A stretch of 64,000 bases of DNA from Paraspadella gotoi (GCA_051294375.1 CM119268.1:15059897-15123896); one strand, 5' to 3'; shown: positions 28,644 to 51,702, counted from the stretch's first letter. Program-made: numbers and translations. The notes: generated from the sequence alone by a model not told the origin.

Positions 28644-29339
28644 ACCAACACTCGCGAGAAAGTGAGAGAGAGAGAGAATGACGGAATATCATCGAATTCT
28701 TTAACTCGACGTTAGATTTTGTTCCAAAATTTGTAACTCCAAATTTGGATTTTTTACTCGGAGGTTTTCTTCGATTTTTTTCACGACGCGTTTACTTTTA
28801 TTTTTAACACCTTGGCGTTAACTTGTGGTTCTCGTGGTTGAAAAAATAATCAATACGCCTTCAAAAAATACAACGTTTCATCTCTCCTTTTCAGTGAGGT
28901 AGCTCTACATTTTTAATTCTAAAGCCACAATCTTTCGTTTTACCCTGAAAATACTACTCTACCCTTTGTTATCAATAGTCTTCTCAAAAAGTCTTTAACT
29001 ATGGATTTAAAAAAACGATGTATATATTTTGCGTTGTTTCTTTCGTTTTTTAAACAAATCATCAACTTGAAAAGATATTTTTCAAGAACACAAATGATTA
29101 AAAACGTTCATTCATTCATTTAGCCCACGTACACTCAACATTTTTTTCAGTCGGATGCCGGCAAAGCAAATGGAGAGCAAAATTGTCATTTGATTTTCAA
29201 AAGAAAAAGGACGGTTGCTCTCTGAAGACCTGACGCTGGCTTTGCGACGTCAAAACATTCACAGGTGTTCGTATTTCAATATTTTGCTGGGAGGGCTGTG
29301 AGAGTGAAAGAGAAAGAGAGAGTGAAAGAGACAGACAGA

Positions 29340-29340
29340 C

Positions 29341-29430
<90 letters not shown>
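29340..29430. repeat. (GAAA)n microsatellite
   Basis: Direct observation. Confidence 0.97.
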
Positions 29431-29431
<1 letters not shown>

Positions 29432-30237
29432 CAGAAAGAAAAAAACCAAGAAAAAATTCGTAAAGAAAAAAAAAGAAACAAAAAAGGCTAATTAATCTAC
29501 TACTAAATCAAAAAAATTTAGAAGTAAATCTTCCTAACCAACCAGACAAACAAAATCAATCAATCAAACCAATCAAACTCGTTTGTTGGTTGAAAAGAAT
29601 TTTTTTTCTTTCGTTTATGTGAAAAGAAGCGTGCCTAGGAATATTTATACAAAGGAGTTCGTGATATATAGTTGACACTCGTAAAAAGAAATATTCCAGC
29701 CAAGCTTTTTGCTCAAGGGCAACGGATTTCCTCCAGATGAAGGCCAGCTAGTCACAGCCGAAACATTTCTCGCTTTTATTTCATCGAAATGAATAAATCT
29801 AAAGTTGTTAAACCGTTTAAATGCCCACCCACTTTAAAATTTCGAATTCGAATAGTTGAGTTTCTGTTTCCTGGTTTTTTTTGGGTTTTTTTTTTCAATT
29901 TGACATCTTTTCTTATTTTCCAATTGATGCGAATAAATTCTGCTTACTTTCGTTGGAACAATAATTTATATTTTCGATAGGAATGTAGATGTAAGATTTG
30001 TATACGTCTGTCTGACTTTGCGTGTGTCTCCGTGTGTCTTGTCTGGTTCATTTATTTATCTTTTCTTTTGCGTTTTCTTTGACTTTTTATTTTCTCTTTT
30101 CTTTCGCTTTTTTCTTCTTTTTTTTTTAAATACTTTTCTTCCAAATTCGTTTGTTTTCTCTCACGCTCTACTTTCAATTCTTTCGCGGTTGACGTATTTA
30201 ACCCTTCAATTTTCATTTAATTTATTTCTCGTGCTTT

Positions 30238-30240
<3 letters not shown>

Positions 30241-30283
<43 letters not shown>

Positions 30284-30300
30284 CTCTCTTCTCTCTTCTC

Positions 30301-30332
<32 letters not shown>

Positions 30333-30342
30333 CTCTCTCTCT

Positions 30343-30405
<63 letters not shown>

Positions 30406-30471
30406 TCTCTCTCTCTCTCTTCTCTTCTCTCTCTCTCTCTCTCTCTCTATAATATATATATATTATATCTA

Positions 30472-30543
<72 letters not shown>
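30241..30543. repeat. Compound (CT)n-(TA)n-(TATC)n microsatellite just upstream of the TESK coding exon
   Basis: Direct observation. Confidence 0.95.
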
Positions 30544-30545
<2 letters not shown>

Positions 30546-30636
30546 ACCTTATTCATCCTAGCCACATCTTGTTTACGTACTTTTTACTTCATTTAACTCA
30601 ATCTCCCCCCACCAAAAAAAACTCCCTACAGGTTAA

Positions 30637-40939
<10,303 letters not shown>

Positions 40940-42465
40940 TAAAAATATCTTATTATGGTTTCTTGGAGATTAATTTGGTATAATTATAGTAGTATAATAA
41001 TAGTAAATTGGACTCTAAAGAGAGAGAAAATATTTTTTCTATGAGAATGATAGAAACTGATTGTCGTTAATTGACAAATGATAAAATTTTTACTTTTAAA
41101 ATTCAAACTCTGCTTACCAAGGGCGATGATCAATCACAGATCAATCACAGATGATCGATCACAGTTATAATGAATTTTTTTTAAATATCCTATTCATCAG
41201 ACCTGATGCCTTTTATCGTTAAAACTTTAATCAGTGTTTTCAATGTTTTCATTTTTTAAATAACACTGTCAATTTGTGATATGGTATGTATTTATTTTGT
41301 TCTCGAGATAATTGCTCGTGCCTCTGAACTTTTTGTTAAATGTATATTCTCTGCGCTAATTATTTTTGTTATCTTTTAAATTCTGTTTATCCCTATTTTG
41401 GTAATCAATAATTAAGAGCATCTATTGTGGCGTCAGTCGTAACTCTCAAAGCCGTCTCACCGTTACTTCTCCTTAGCTGTTGATGGGCTCAGTCATGAAC
41501 CTAAAATTCAGCAACATTCCACTGCCCTTCTTTGCAATAGCAAATTGATTTTTTTATAAAAGTAATTGAACGCAGTTAGTAGTTTCAAAATTGATACAAT
41601 AATCGTCTAGAATGTTCGAACTTATTTTACTTTTTTGTAGATTCGGGTCCTTGGCTGATATTTTTCGTTTTTTATTTATTAACTTTGGTAAAAAATAAAC
41701 TATCACTTTTCTCGAAAATAACATATTAAAATAAACATAAGGTAGTGATCACTATTTGTTATGAAATTGGTACAACTAATATAAAAAAAAAGTTAACAGC
41801 TACCCATTTCACTTGTACTAACCAGTAGAAGTGTTATTATGAAGCTAGACTTTAGGTTAATTGGTAAATTAGTCTCCGTAGAATACGACAATACAAACGA
41901 GTTTCTTTCTGACTGAATTTGTTCCAGCAATAGTTTTGAGCGACGAAACTGTTCTTTTGTTTATAGTGGCAACACATTATTTTGTAAGTGGTGCACTCTC
42001 CAGGGAATAAAACATATACGAAGAAAGAAAGTTCAGTTGCCGAAATATTATATATTAAATAAAAATCAACCTCGATACTCTATTCAAATTTTACTTTGTT
42101 CCTAGCAACATTCATTATTCACAATTGTTATACCTTTCATTTTCGCGAACACATAAAATGGTTGTCCATTTGTTTTCTTTCCAAAAGTTGCAGAATTTGT
42201 GCTCTTAATTATCTAGAAATTATTATTTAATATAGTTTTGTATAAAGCTTGTATATAAATCGAATATTCCATGATTAGTATAATTTGTGTTTTTATTAAA
42301 AAAAATTAGCAATATTTGATGTTCCATGTTAATGTTAAACAGCGAAACAGTTAAACATTTGTCCTCGATGTAGCATAATTTTTAAGCGTACTTTCGTTAG
42401 TTTAAAAAGAAATCCCAGGCTTTTTTGGTTTAAAGTAGAAAAACTTAGTGATAAACAGCGAAAAA

Positions 42466-43683
42466 ATGGCTCAGATGAACAACAGTCCCCTTCCCAACTC
42501 GGATTCAAGGTAATAGTTATGAATTAGATAAATAATTAAATAATCCAAGGTTCAGCCAATTTGTGGCGATGAAAATTTATTCAATTTATAATTTCCAGAT
42601 GGTGAATATTAATCCTTTTTGAATCATGACATTTGCTTCAGATGTTTGATGGAAAACTGGTTCGAAGAGCGAACCTCGAAAAAGTTCGACGAAGGGAAAT
42701 CTATCAAGGAAAAGAACATTCACGGACATGACAGTAATGAATGATCAAAATAATGACAAAATTATTGTTTACGATTAGATTGTTTTCATATTTTGTTAGG
42801 ACATCTATTTTTTATTTTACATGTAAATTTAAACTTTTCTCCCAGAGATTCTCACTCTCAAGCCCGAAACAAGTCTCTCACAGTGTTCTGAATATAAGGT
42901 ATGTAGTACTATTGTGATAGTTGGATAATTTGTCCAATTAAGAAAAGAAATTGGGGAAAAGAAAGAATTTAAAACGTAAAGAAAATCCTTTCAACGAAAC
43001 CGCGTTCGTGAAGGCGCGGTTCCGTGACACCGGAATCACCGTGACTCCGAGACCTCCACGCGCCGGTCTTCTCGAGGCGTTCCTTGCTCGGAAAGCCACG
43101 CTCGCGTTGAAGGAGGTAAGGCTGACAGGTTTGAGATCGAGGTGTCTCAAGGTGAGGTCAAGTTGAAGCTTCAAAAGTAAGGTTTAATTACAGGGAGCGG
43201 ATCCTACGGAACCAAAGTTTGCTCAATGCGACTACAAAACCGATTACAGCGGGAATATTTGTCGAGACGATTTTAAGTCCATTGTATGTATTGAAATTAA
43301 TCATATATAATTGAAAATGTACAAATTTTTTTTTTGCTACATTCCGGTTTCCACAGAAACCAACGCCGAAATTTCGACATCCGCTATATTCAGAATTACA
43401 GACATCCTATTGGTCGGAGAATGTCAAAACTTCAGCAATTCACGGAGTATCTCAGGTAAAAATATAAAAATTGAAACTCTTTATAGTTTAACGTACGTTA
43501 ATAAAAATAAAATAATAATTAATAAAACTTACCCGTTTTTTTGGCTTCCTTACTTCCGAGCAGATTAAGACGATCGATTCTCCATTCCGCAAGAACGCCT
43601 CTTTCAGCAAACTTGCTTTTGGTGAAGCGTGGGAAGACAACCAAGTTATGCCTGGGGACCAAGAGTTCTTCCCAAAACTTTGA
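42466..43683 (+). CDS. SPAG8: SPAG8-like axonemal microtubule inner protein, ~7 short exons
   Basis: Missed by the ORF track. Spliced peptide RCLMENWFEER..HGHD.ILTL..SYWSENVKTSAIHGVSQ|IKTIDSPFRKNASFSK..FFPKL* parallels the SPAG8 motifs CLLxNWEEER, HGHRGLLT and GVSNIRTLDTPFRKNCSFS. Confidence 0.85.
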
Positions 43684-44157
43684 TTTATTTCTATTCAAAT
43701 CTAAATTCTTTTAATTTTGATTCTTCCTTATCCACTATTAACAAACATCTTTATAGCAGAAGATTCTTGCCTCAAATCAGTCATCAGTCGAATAAACATT
43801 AAACGTAACTTATTTTTTCTTGTTTACAAAACTATGACCGTTTCACTTTATTACCCGTCAAGTATCAGATGTAGGAAAAATTCTACTCATTTAAATTAGA
43901 GATTACTCAGAATTACTTGAACAGTTAATTTCAATTGTGTCAGTCTATACACTTCCATATTTGCAAAACTGCATACTTTAAATACAACTTTTAGCCTTTA
44001 AGCGTTGAGAACAGAAAAACGAAAAGCAAACGTCGTATATTTATTATTTTAATTTTGCCTATATATTAAACTATATATGAGTTAACGTGGAAGAAATCGC
44101 TTCGTCTTCGATCAAACTTTTATTTCGGAAGTGATCGGGTTAAGTTCGCCGATCGAC

Positions 44158-44279
44158 ATGGCGTTGTCGTCCGATTGGGCTGACAACTTGGAGCAGCACT
44201 GGAAGCAGAAATTTGACAATATGGATGAGGAGTTGGAAAACGACATAGTCGACGGAGAAAAGATGGATGCAGGCAAAAT

Positions 44280-44317
<38 letters not shown>

Positions 44318-46215
44318 AAAAAAACAGATAGACAGAGAGAGAGACCTTTCTTCCGAAACCAACCTTTTCTTCGGCTTACGTTTCGTCAATTCAAGACCCT
44401 AGGAGACAGTCTACCTCAACGACCACACGGCCCACCGCACAACCGTCCAAATTTACTTACGAAGAGCGTCGCGGAGTTCCTCTCCGGTGGTTGTCATGGC
44501 AACTACTACGTACCTTTCTCTCTCTCTTTATCTTCGTCGTCGTCAATGGACTCTGGATCGCGTTCGTCGTCTACAGGGCGGGAGATTTAGTAACTAATTG
44601 ATAATAAATAGAAAAAAAAATATTGTTAAATAATGAATAAACTCAGGTCGTCGACGCCGTCGTCTTGGGCGTCGTGGGGACATTGGTGACGGTGGGACTC
44701 TTTTTGGGACGGAGGGTTGGCTTGATAAGCGAGGAAAAGAGGCGGAGGCGGGGTGGGCTGAGAGAAAAAAAAAGAAGCTGTTGTGGCGGTATATTCACAC
44801 CGCCTCACGTCCACCATCCGTCAGCCAAATCCATTGGCTCAGAGGGGGAACACACCATCCCAGGCGTAGTGTTCCATCCACAGTCCTAACGACTTCCCTC
44901 TGCGTTGGCAAAGCGAGACCGTCCTAGGGTAACCGCGCCAGTGACTGGATGCGTCACTGAGGGTCGGAAGCCCCCAAAGCCAACAGTGAGATGCCCCATC
45001 CCAATGGGCATCACAGGCAACCCGGCTGTTGCCATACTGTCTCGTGATTTGAATGTGGTTGAATGTTTGACGAGCGAGGGTGTTTTACCAATATGATTAT
45101 TTTTCTGAACTTATTTATTCCATTCAATTCTAAGTCTTTTTTCGTCTATATACGACAGGGTCGACATTTCGTCCATCCGATCGATTCGGGAGCACGATCT
45201 CTAACGACAAAAACCAAAGTCTCATCGACGACGTAAATCTTCGTTTTTAATGCTTATCGACTTTGTTTTGACCAAATTCCTTTTTGTTTCCTGTCGCAGG
45301 ATATGGGCCGCTCGGTCCATGCGGCAGCCTCTCGTCCGATCGCTTCTCCGCACACTCCCTCCAATTTGAGCTTCACGAAAGCGATTAAGGACGAAATAGA
45401 CCCGCCCTGTTCTCCACAAGAAATCAGGGTACGACTAAGTGAAATGCAGAGTTGCGATGCTAAAAAAACTATAATGAATTGACAAACTCGTCAAACAAAC
45501 CGCAATCCAAAGCGACTCTCGTGGTCCGACCGCCGCTTATATTCATTATTCAATCCTTCGTAACTGACGTTTAGGAACTCGCGTCGAGGATTCGTGGTCG
45601 GACGATGATCGAGTTGCTCGACGATGGAACCTACACTCTGCCTTTTCAAGATCGCAAGGAAGACGAAAAGCCATCAGTCGAAAACATAAGCATAGTGAAA
45701 GAAGAAAAGGTAAATTTACGAAGGGAATTTACGAAAGGAAAACAATTCAATGTATGTCAGCGATAGAAAGCACTTCAGTACTCCCTCGTAAATACCGCCT
45801 TGGGCACGGCCACAGTACGTAACAAATTCGAGGAGTGAAACGAGTTACGAGAAATAAAGCTGATGAGAGAATGAATGTCCGGAAGTGAATAAATTTCCTA
45901 TTATCAAACTCATTGGTGACTCGCGGTTCCTAGTTATCGAGCACGGTGGACACGAAAGGCTCGACGGCCATCTCCACGCCTCCAAGGTCGTCGGTACGCA
46001 CTTCGATCAGAGTTATTCCACCCTTTTCGGCCCTGCTGGAGCGGACGAGTCCTTTCGCTCACGCCACGGAGGGGCATTGGGTGGAGCATCGACAGGAACG
46101 AGACTCGGAATCGCCCGTCGTCGTCTTCGCGGATAAAGGAGCGAGGTGTCGAAGAAGTCGGATAATGTTCCTCGTCGACGACGACGACGACACTTTGGAC
46201 GAGAACAGAAAATAA
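44158..46215 (+). CDS. Uncharacterised membrane protein with two hydrophobic segments, ~7 exons
   Basis: Chain of GC-richer exons with splice sites: MALSSDWADNLEQHW.., LLRTFLSLFIFVVVNGLWIAFVVYR, VVDAVVLGVVGTLVTVGLFLGRR, ELASRIRGRTMIELLDDG, ..DTLDENRK*. The model needs two GC donors and one indel near 45168. Confidence 0.55.
44768..45055 (-). ncRNA. Unassigned highly structured RNA-like element in an intron, antisense to the host gene
   Basis: About nine hairpins plus enclosing helices. Several A-C mismatches on + become G-U pairs on -. Ends in a hairpin followed by a T9 run. Confidence 0.5.
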
Positions 46216-46884
46216 GAGATTTGATTGGGAGACGCGGACCAAGCATGAGAAGAGAAAGAGGGAATTGCTTGGTTTTTGACGAGAATTGATGACAAAAGGG
46301 ATTGAGGAGAAGCTCTTAAAATAAAATTTGGCCATTTGTCGTTTGACCAATGAGAGAGAGAGTCTCTTGTAATTTCTTCTCGCGTCGCCGATCCGATTCC
46401 GACTTTTAGGTTCGATTCCTCTGCGATGTTCCTTTGAAGATTCGATCCGATTCGGAAAAAAACTAATATTTTTTTCTCTTTTTATATTTTCCCTTTCTCA
46501 AAACTCTACAAAATTGGGTAAACCGAAAGTTTTATTGACTTTAAAAAAAAAAACGGAAACAATAAATCGCGCGCAATAAAAATAAAAGAATAATTAAAAG
46601 AAGTGGACGGCTTAAAAAGTAAAGAGAGGTGACGTTGGATTTACGATCGAATTTTCGGTTGGTGAAATTTTTAAAAAAACAATATCGTCCTTCGTAAAGT
46701 GCCGCGAAATTATGGTTTAATACTACATCATTAAGCATAAACGTATCTCACATTAATACTTACAAAAAGGTTGACTTTTTATTTATTTAGTTTTCTTCAT
46801 GGAAATATAGCATTAATACGTGGAATTTTAGTTAAAAACGAGAGATCAATGGACGATTTTAGTAGTTTTTTTTTTGCGTGACCG

Positions 46885-48079
46885 TTATTGATTCGGACTG
46901 GACGGCGTCGGGACGCGAACTTTCTTCGCCCCGATCATCTCGTGGTGAAGTTGGAATCTCAAGTTGAAGAGCGCTTGGCGAATCGTTTGTCCGTGCACTA
47001 GACGGAGAATGGGCGCGGCGATGAACTTAAGGAGAAAAATTAAATCATCTCATATCAATCAGAAATAAAACAATTTTATTATCAATAAAAGAATGAAACA
47101 AAGAAACGAACTAAGAAAATACTAACTTTGAAGAGAAGATTGCTACGTCGGGAACTAATAATGACTTGAGCTTTGCACAGTGGTTCTTTCCGATCTTTCG
47201 TCTTGTCGTCGATATTTATCTGGCAAAGAAACAAGTTTTAGAAAGCGCTCTCGAGGAGACACTAATTTTTCTCCTCGGCAACTGATCTTTGAGTCAGTTA
47301 GCTAATCGTCATTGTGAGAAAAACCTGGACGTGCGGCAACCACCAGCGATCCAGAACGAAGCCGACGTGAGCGTTGGGTTCGTAACTCGTTACCAGAATC
47401 GACGTCATCATTTTTCCTATAAAAATAGAGAGATTATAAGTTCTCGCCTATAGAAAAACTGACTCTCTCGCGTGAACGTTACTGCGCAAATAAAATTGAC
47501 AAATCATAACAATTTAATTTGATATTGACCAATCGCTTTCGTGTCTTTCGTTCTTTAAAACTCTTCATTCACCAATGAGCGGAATTTCCATAGCCTCGTC
47601 GTAAGTCTTCCCTGGACCCAACGGATCGATACTTCCGTCCATATTCTCCTGGGGGCGGACAGCGAGAATTCCTGGGAACCACCTTGGCAGAGAAACCAGT
47701 TCGCTGGTTGAAAAAAAAAAAAAAAGAAGCGAGTATAAGTATTATTTTCATGAGAAATAATGAGCTAGAAGCAAAACAATTTTTTTCAAAATATTTCGGT
47801 ATATATTTCTACGCCAACATCATTAATAAATATTTAACAAAGCTTAAGATTTGATAAATAACAAACAGCAACTTACAAATTTAGGAAAGAATTTCTTTTT
47901 CTCCCTCTTTCTTACCACAAATACGCGGCAACCAAGTGATGAGGCGCGGGTACGTTAATTCCTCCCTCAAAAATAACAATGGCATCGTCATCGTCCTTGG
48001 AAACGTTTGCCAAGATGGCGACGACGACGACGATAAAGGCGATGCTGGTTCGAAAGGGAATCGAGTCGAACGAACTCAT
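46885..48079 (-). CDS. SRPBCC / polyketide cyclase-dehydrase (START/Bet v1 fold) protein with N-terminal hydrophobic anchor, 5 exons
   Basis: In-frame splicing gives INVPAPHHLVAAYLCELVSLPRWFPGILAVR..LGPGKTY..VTSYEPNAHVGF..QTIRQALFNLR. This follows the Polyketide_cyc2 pattern I.AP...V..yl.d...lp.W.P..G.G..VT.yeP...v.f with a C-terminal helix. Confidence 0.72.
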
Positions 48080-48585
48080 TTTGTCCCGAGCGTCGAGATT
48101 TTTCTCCTCTATTGAAAAATATCGGCGTTTCAAAACGTTTTATTTTTTATCGGAAGAACAAAGGAATGTTTTGAGCTTTAATCTTTCGTTTCAACATTGC
48201 TACATCAAAAAGCGATATAGCGTAGGACCTGAATTTAATAAATGTGTTTCAGAAATTAGAGATCGAACGTGGAATTTAATACTGAAATATTTTACTGCGT
48301 GTAGTTCTTTAGGTAATTAATAAATTTCACGATAAAACATTTGCAGATTTGTACGAATGATACGCATATGAAGTAAAATATCGTCCTTTGGAAAGACGAG
48401 AGATCTTTTCGAAAACAATGGAAGCAGAGGCAGAGCAAAGACAAAATCGACCAAAAATAGCTTGAGCTGACAGTTACAGACAAAATAATTCAACATTTAA
48501 AGTTTTTTCTGATCTAGAATCCAAAATGAGGTGCATTATGTTAAACCGCAAAATTGGATACCGTAAATCCACGATAAGAAAAGAA

Positions 48586-50584
48586 TCATCTAAAGCCCTG
48601 AATGAGATGAACCATGCCCATCTTGCTTTGCTCCAACTGCACTTTTTCTTGCGTAACTTCTTGCTGTTGACGATTGACTTGGTTGCGTTTGTCTTCGTCC
48701 CGTTTCTGCTGCGCCACGTAGATCTCCGTCTGTTCCTTTATCTAAGGCAAATTATTGTAAATCTAATGAACATTTGATACAATCGATTTATGAACGCTCC
48801 ACCCCGATCCCAGAAGGCAAAGAGTCTCACCCAGAGCTCCATCTGTTCTTTGTGCCGTTGGATGAGCAGGCTGAGCTCGTTCTGTTGATCTTGGTATTGT
48901 TGCTTGTAAGCGGCTCTCTCTCGAAGGAACATCTCCCTCTCGCAGAGGAAATCCACTTTTTGTTTTTCGAATTCGTCGAGAACGTTGACGAGAGACTCGA
49001 CGGCCTAAGATGTTATGGCAAAGGGTGGAGTCAACAATAAATGATAATTAAACAGAAATCTATTGGGTTAAGATTTTAAAATTTCTTTGGGATCAGATTT
49101 GGGAAGATTTACGCGGGCGCAGGTACCTTTACCTTTATTAAGAATAACCACTTTTGTCACATTTAGCCGAGGAACAATTTAAGGTCAGACCTTCAAGCCA
49201 AGCCGTAATAACCAAATACGCACCTTGTTCATGTCTTCAGGGGCCTTTGTCTGTGCATCTTTGGCCCGAGACTTGAGGCTGCGTACATCTGCGGCAGCGC
49301 GAGATATGGACGAGGCAGGAATCTGCGGTTCTAAAATCGCCGGCTTCTGGAAGGGGGGGACCTAAAAAAACGGGGTGTGGAGAAGAGGGCGGATCCAATG
49401 AATACAACCGATACATAGACAAATGATTTCAAATTAATATCGAGATACAAATTTTCCGAGTTAATTCACCTCGAGATCGAAAAGAAGTTCGGGCGGTTTG
49501 GCGAGCGCGTGGGTGGAGTCGTACTGCTGCATGAGTTCTTCGAGAATGGGGACGCGTTGCGAAGGACTCAGCAGACGGAGGGTCAGCACGCGATTCGTCT
49601 CCCCGTCCGCGTTCTGGCCACCTTATTAGGTGATCATTCCAAAAAAATATAAACAAACCAAAAAAAAAACATCGTTCGACAAAACTCACCAACGATATAC
49701 ATGTGCGACTTGGTAATGACGGCGGCGTGACCGTGCAGAGGGCCGACCGATCGACCGACGTGAATAGGGCGTTTCCATCGGAGCTTGTGGTAGACGCGAG
49801 CCCCGACCGAGGCGCCCTCGTTCCCCGCGGCGTTGGCGACGAGATCAACGTCCTTTGACTCTTCGGGCGCCGCCTCTTTCGCCACCAGGCTGAGTTTGAC
49901 GACGTCGTTGAAAAGAGTGAAGGCTCCGTCAGGGGTTTCGGAGGTGCCGCCTGTAGGGGTGGAGGCAAGTCTATAAGACGAAAAATAAACAAGTATAAAA
50001 TATTTTTAGATATTTTTATACAACACAAAAGATGACACCATGAAAAGGTTCAAAATATTTTAACGAACCATTGATTGAACCCTGAAATATTTTTTTTTAC
50101 TCTATGGAAGAGCAGCGACAATCACGAACCATTTGTGAATCTCCCCAACCGCCTTGATATTTCCCAATTCACCAAAAAGGTAGAGATCTTTGTCGCGATG
50201 GGCGACGAAAGAAAAGCCTCCCCGCGGCGCCGGAGGGCGCCCGTGGACGCGAGGGTGGCGCCAGGAGAGGGTGTTGGAGTCGAAAACCGCGACGTCGTTG
50301 AAATAGAGACTTTCGGCGCCGCAGCCACCGAAGACGAAGACGCGGTCGCCGACTACGGCGGCGCCGTGATCACAGCGCGGCGCCGGAGGGATTCCTTTGG
50401 GTTTTTGAAAAAAAAAAGGCACGTTCAGTAAAAGATTATTTGCGGAGGTTAAAGGTTAAATTCAAAATTTGCTAATATTGGTTGTCAGTTATATTTCTTG
50501 ACTTTCTTTTTATAGTTAAGAGTTAAGACTCTCTCTTTTTCTTTCTCTCAACAATAATTTTTAAAAAGTTATACGCAGTATCTG

Positions 50585-50622
<38 letters not shown>

Positions 50623-51653
50623 GAAAGTTATACGTAGTATGCACTGCATTCTTTCTCTCTCTCTCTCTCTCCTCTCGTCCTCTCTCTCTCTCTCTCTCTC
50701 TCTTCTCCCCGAGGGTTTTAGTTTCGTCCACGACATGTTGTCCAGAAAAAGCATGTGAACGTCGTTAGTTGCGACGCCTGCGCAGAATCCCCCGAAGGTG
50801 TAGACCTCGCGTCGAATCAAAGAGGCCGTGAATCCGATCGCAGAAGGAGGCGATCCAGCGGTTGAGACTGGAGACCAAGACGAGGCTGAGGAGAAGGAAA
50901 AAAAGCAAGCAGTTTTTATAATTATTGTTTCTGAGAGGCAGCTCTTGAAAATATTTACCGCAATAAGCAATTACTTATCATTGATAAATAGGCTTATAAA
51001 TAGGGTGCTCGTGATTCGTGAACACTTGTTTTTGCAAATTTTCTCTCTTTATCATCGCCCGCAAACTTCGCTTACATGGCTACATTGGCTAACGTCGCTC
51101 ACATTTTCCCATACGTCGGACTTTCATAGATTAAGATGTGAAAATAAACATCGTTCTTTTGATCGGACCAATTCCACAAACCTTCCTCAGTTTCCTTAAC
51201 CACCAAACTCACTCTCAACATGGAATCGACTCAGCCCTTCCAGACACGCCTCCGCGTCGTCTTCTCCCTTTCCGCCTACGACAAAAACCGCGCCGTCCAG
51301 ACTGAAGATGGCGTGAGAGTCGCGCGGCGTCGGTACGGAGCCCTGCTGCGGCTGCTCCGTCCAGACCAGATCGGCGTCGGAAGTGAGCAGAGTGTGGAGA
51401 GAAGAAAAGTAGACCGTTTTGGCTGCGGAAAAAAAGCGAGGGAGAGAAAAGAAAGAAAAAAAGAAAATTTAGAAAAATACAAACAGTGCGCAACCTTAAC
51501 TTCTGCCTTACCCTCATCCTCGTCCCAGTAACTTCCTCCGAACGCGTAGACTGTTCCTGCCAAAATCGTGAGGGCGTGGCCCTGACGTGGCGTCGGCGGC
51601 GTTCCCGTGTGACGTCGGTTCACCCAGCAGCAGCTGGCGCGAAGTGACGTCAT
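48586..51653 (-). CDS. Kelch-repeat beta-propeller protein with C-terminal coiled coil (RABEPK/KLHDC-like), ~10 exons
   Basis: Six kelch blades (PTPRQGHA..VYAFGG, PTPRDSHA..VFVVGG, VYTFGG, PAPRCDHG..VFVFGG, PAPRGGF..LYLFGG, LHGHAA..MYIVGG), then a Q/E-rich helical tail ending MVHLIQGFR*. Confidence 0.88.
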
Positions 51654-51670
51654 TATCTGAGCTTTGAAAA

Positions 51671-51702
51671 GGGGCGGAGCCGTCAGTTTTTAAAATGGCG
51701 GC
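51671..51702. promoter_or_regulatory. GC box and YY1-like motif just upstream of the kelch gene ATG
   Basis: GGGGCGGAGC (Sp/KLF-type) and AAAATGGCGGC (YY1-type) lie within 50 bp of the start codon. Confidence 0.4.

Noticed and set aside
42599-42601. 3-nt microexon (TTCCAG-ATG-GTGAAT) in SPAG8 intron 1
   Set aside because: Inclusion would create an in-frame TGA, and there is no other support.
44768-45055. Identification of the structured element as RNase P/MRP, 7SK, SRP or telomerase RNA
   Set aside because: GGGAAGUCGUU and AACAGCUUC can pair like a P4 helix, but there is no P1 and the conserved-region spacing is wrong. There are no GAUC motifs or 5' GGAUGUG (7SK), no SRP helix 8 and no adequate telomeric template.
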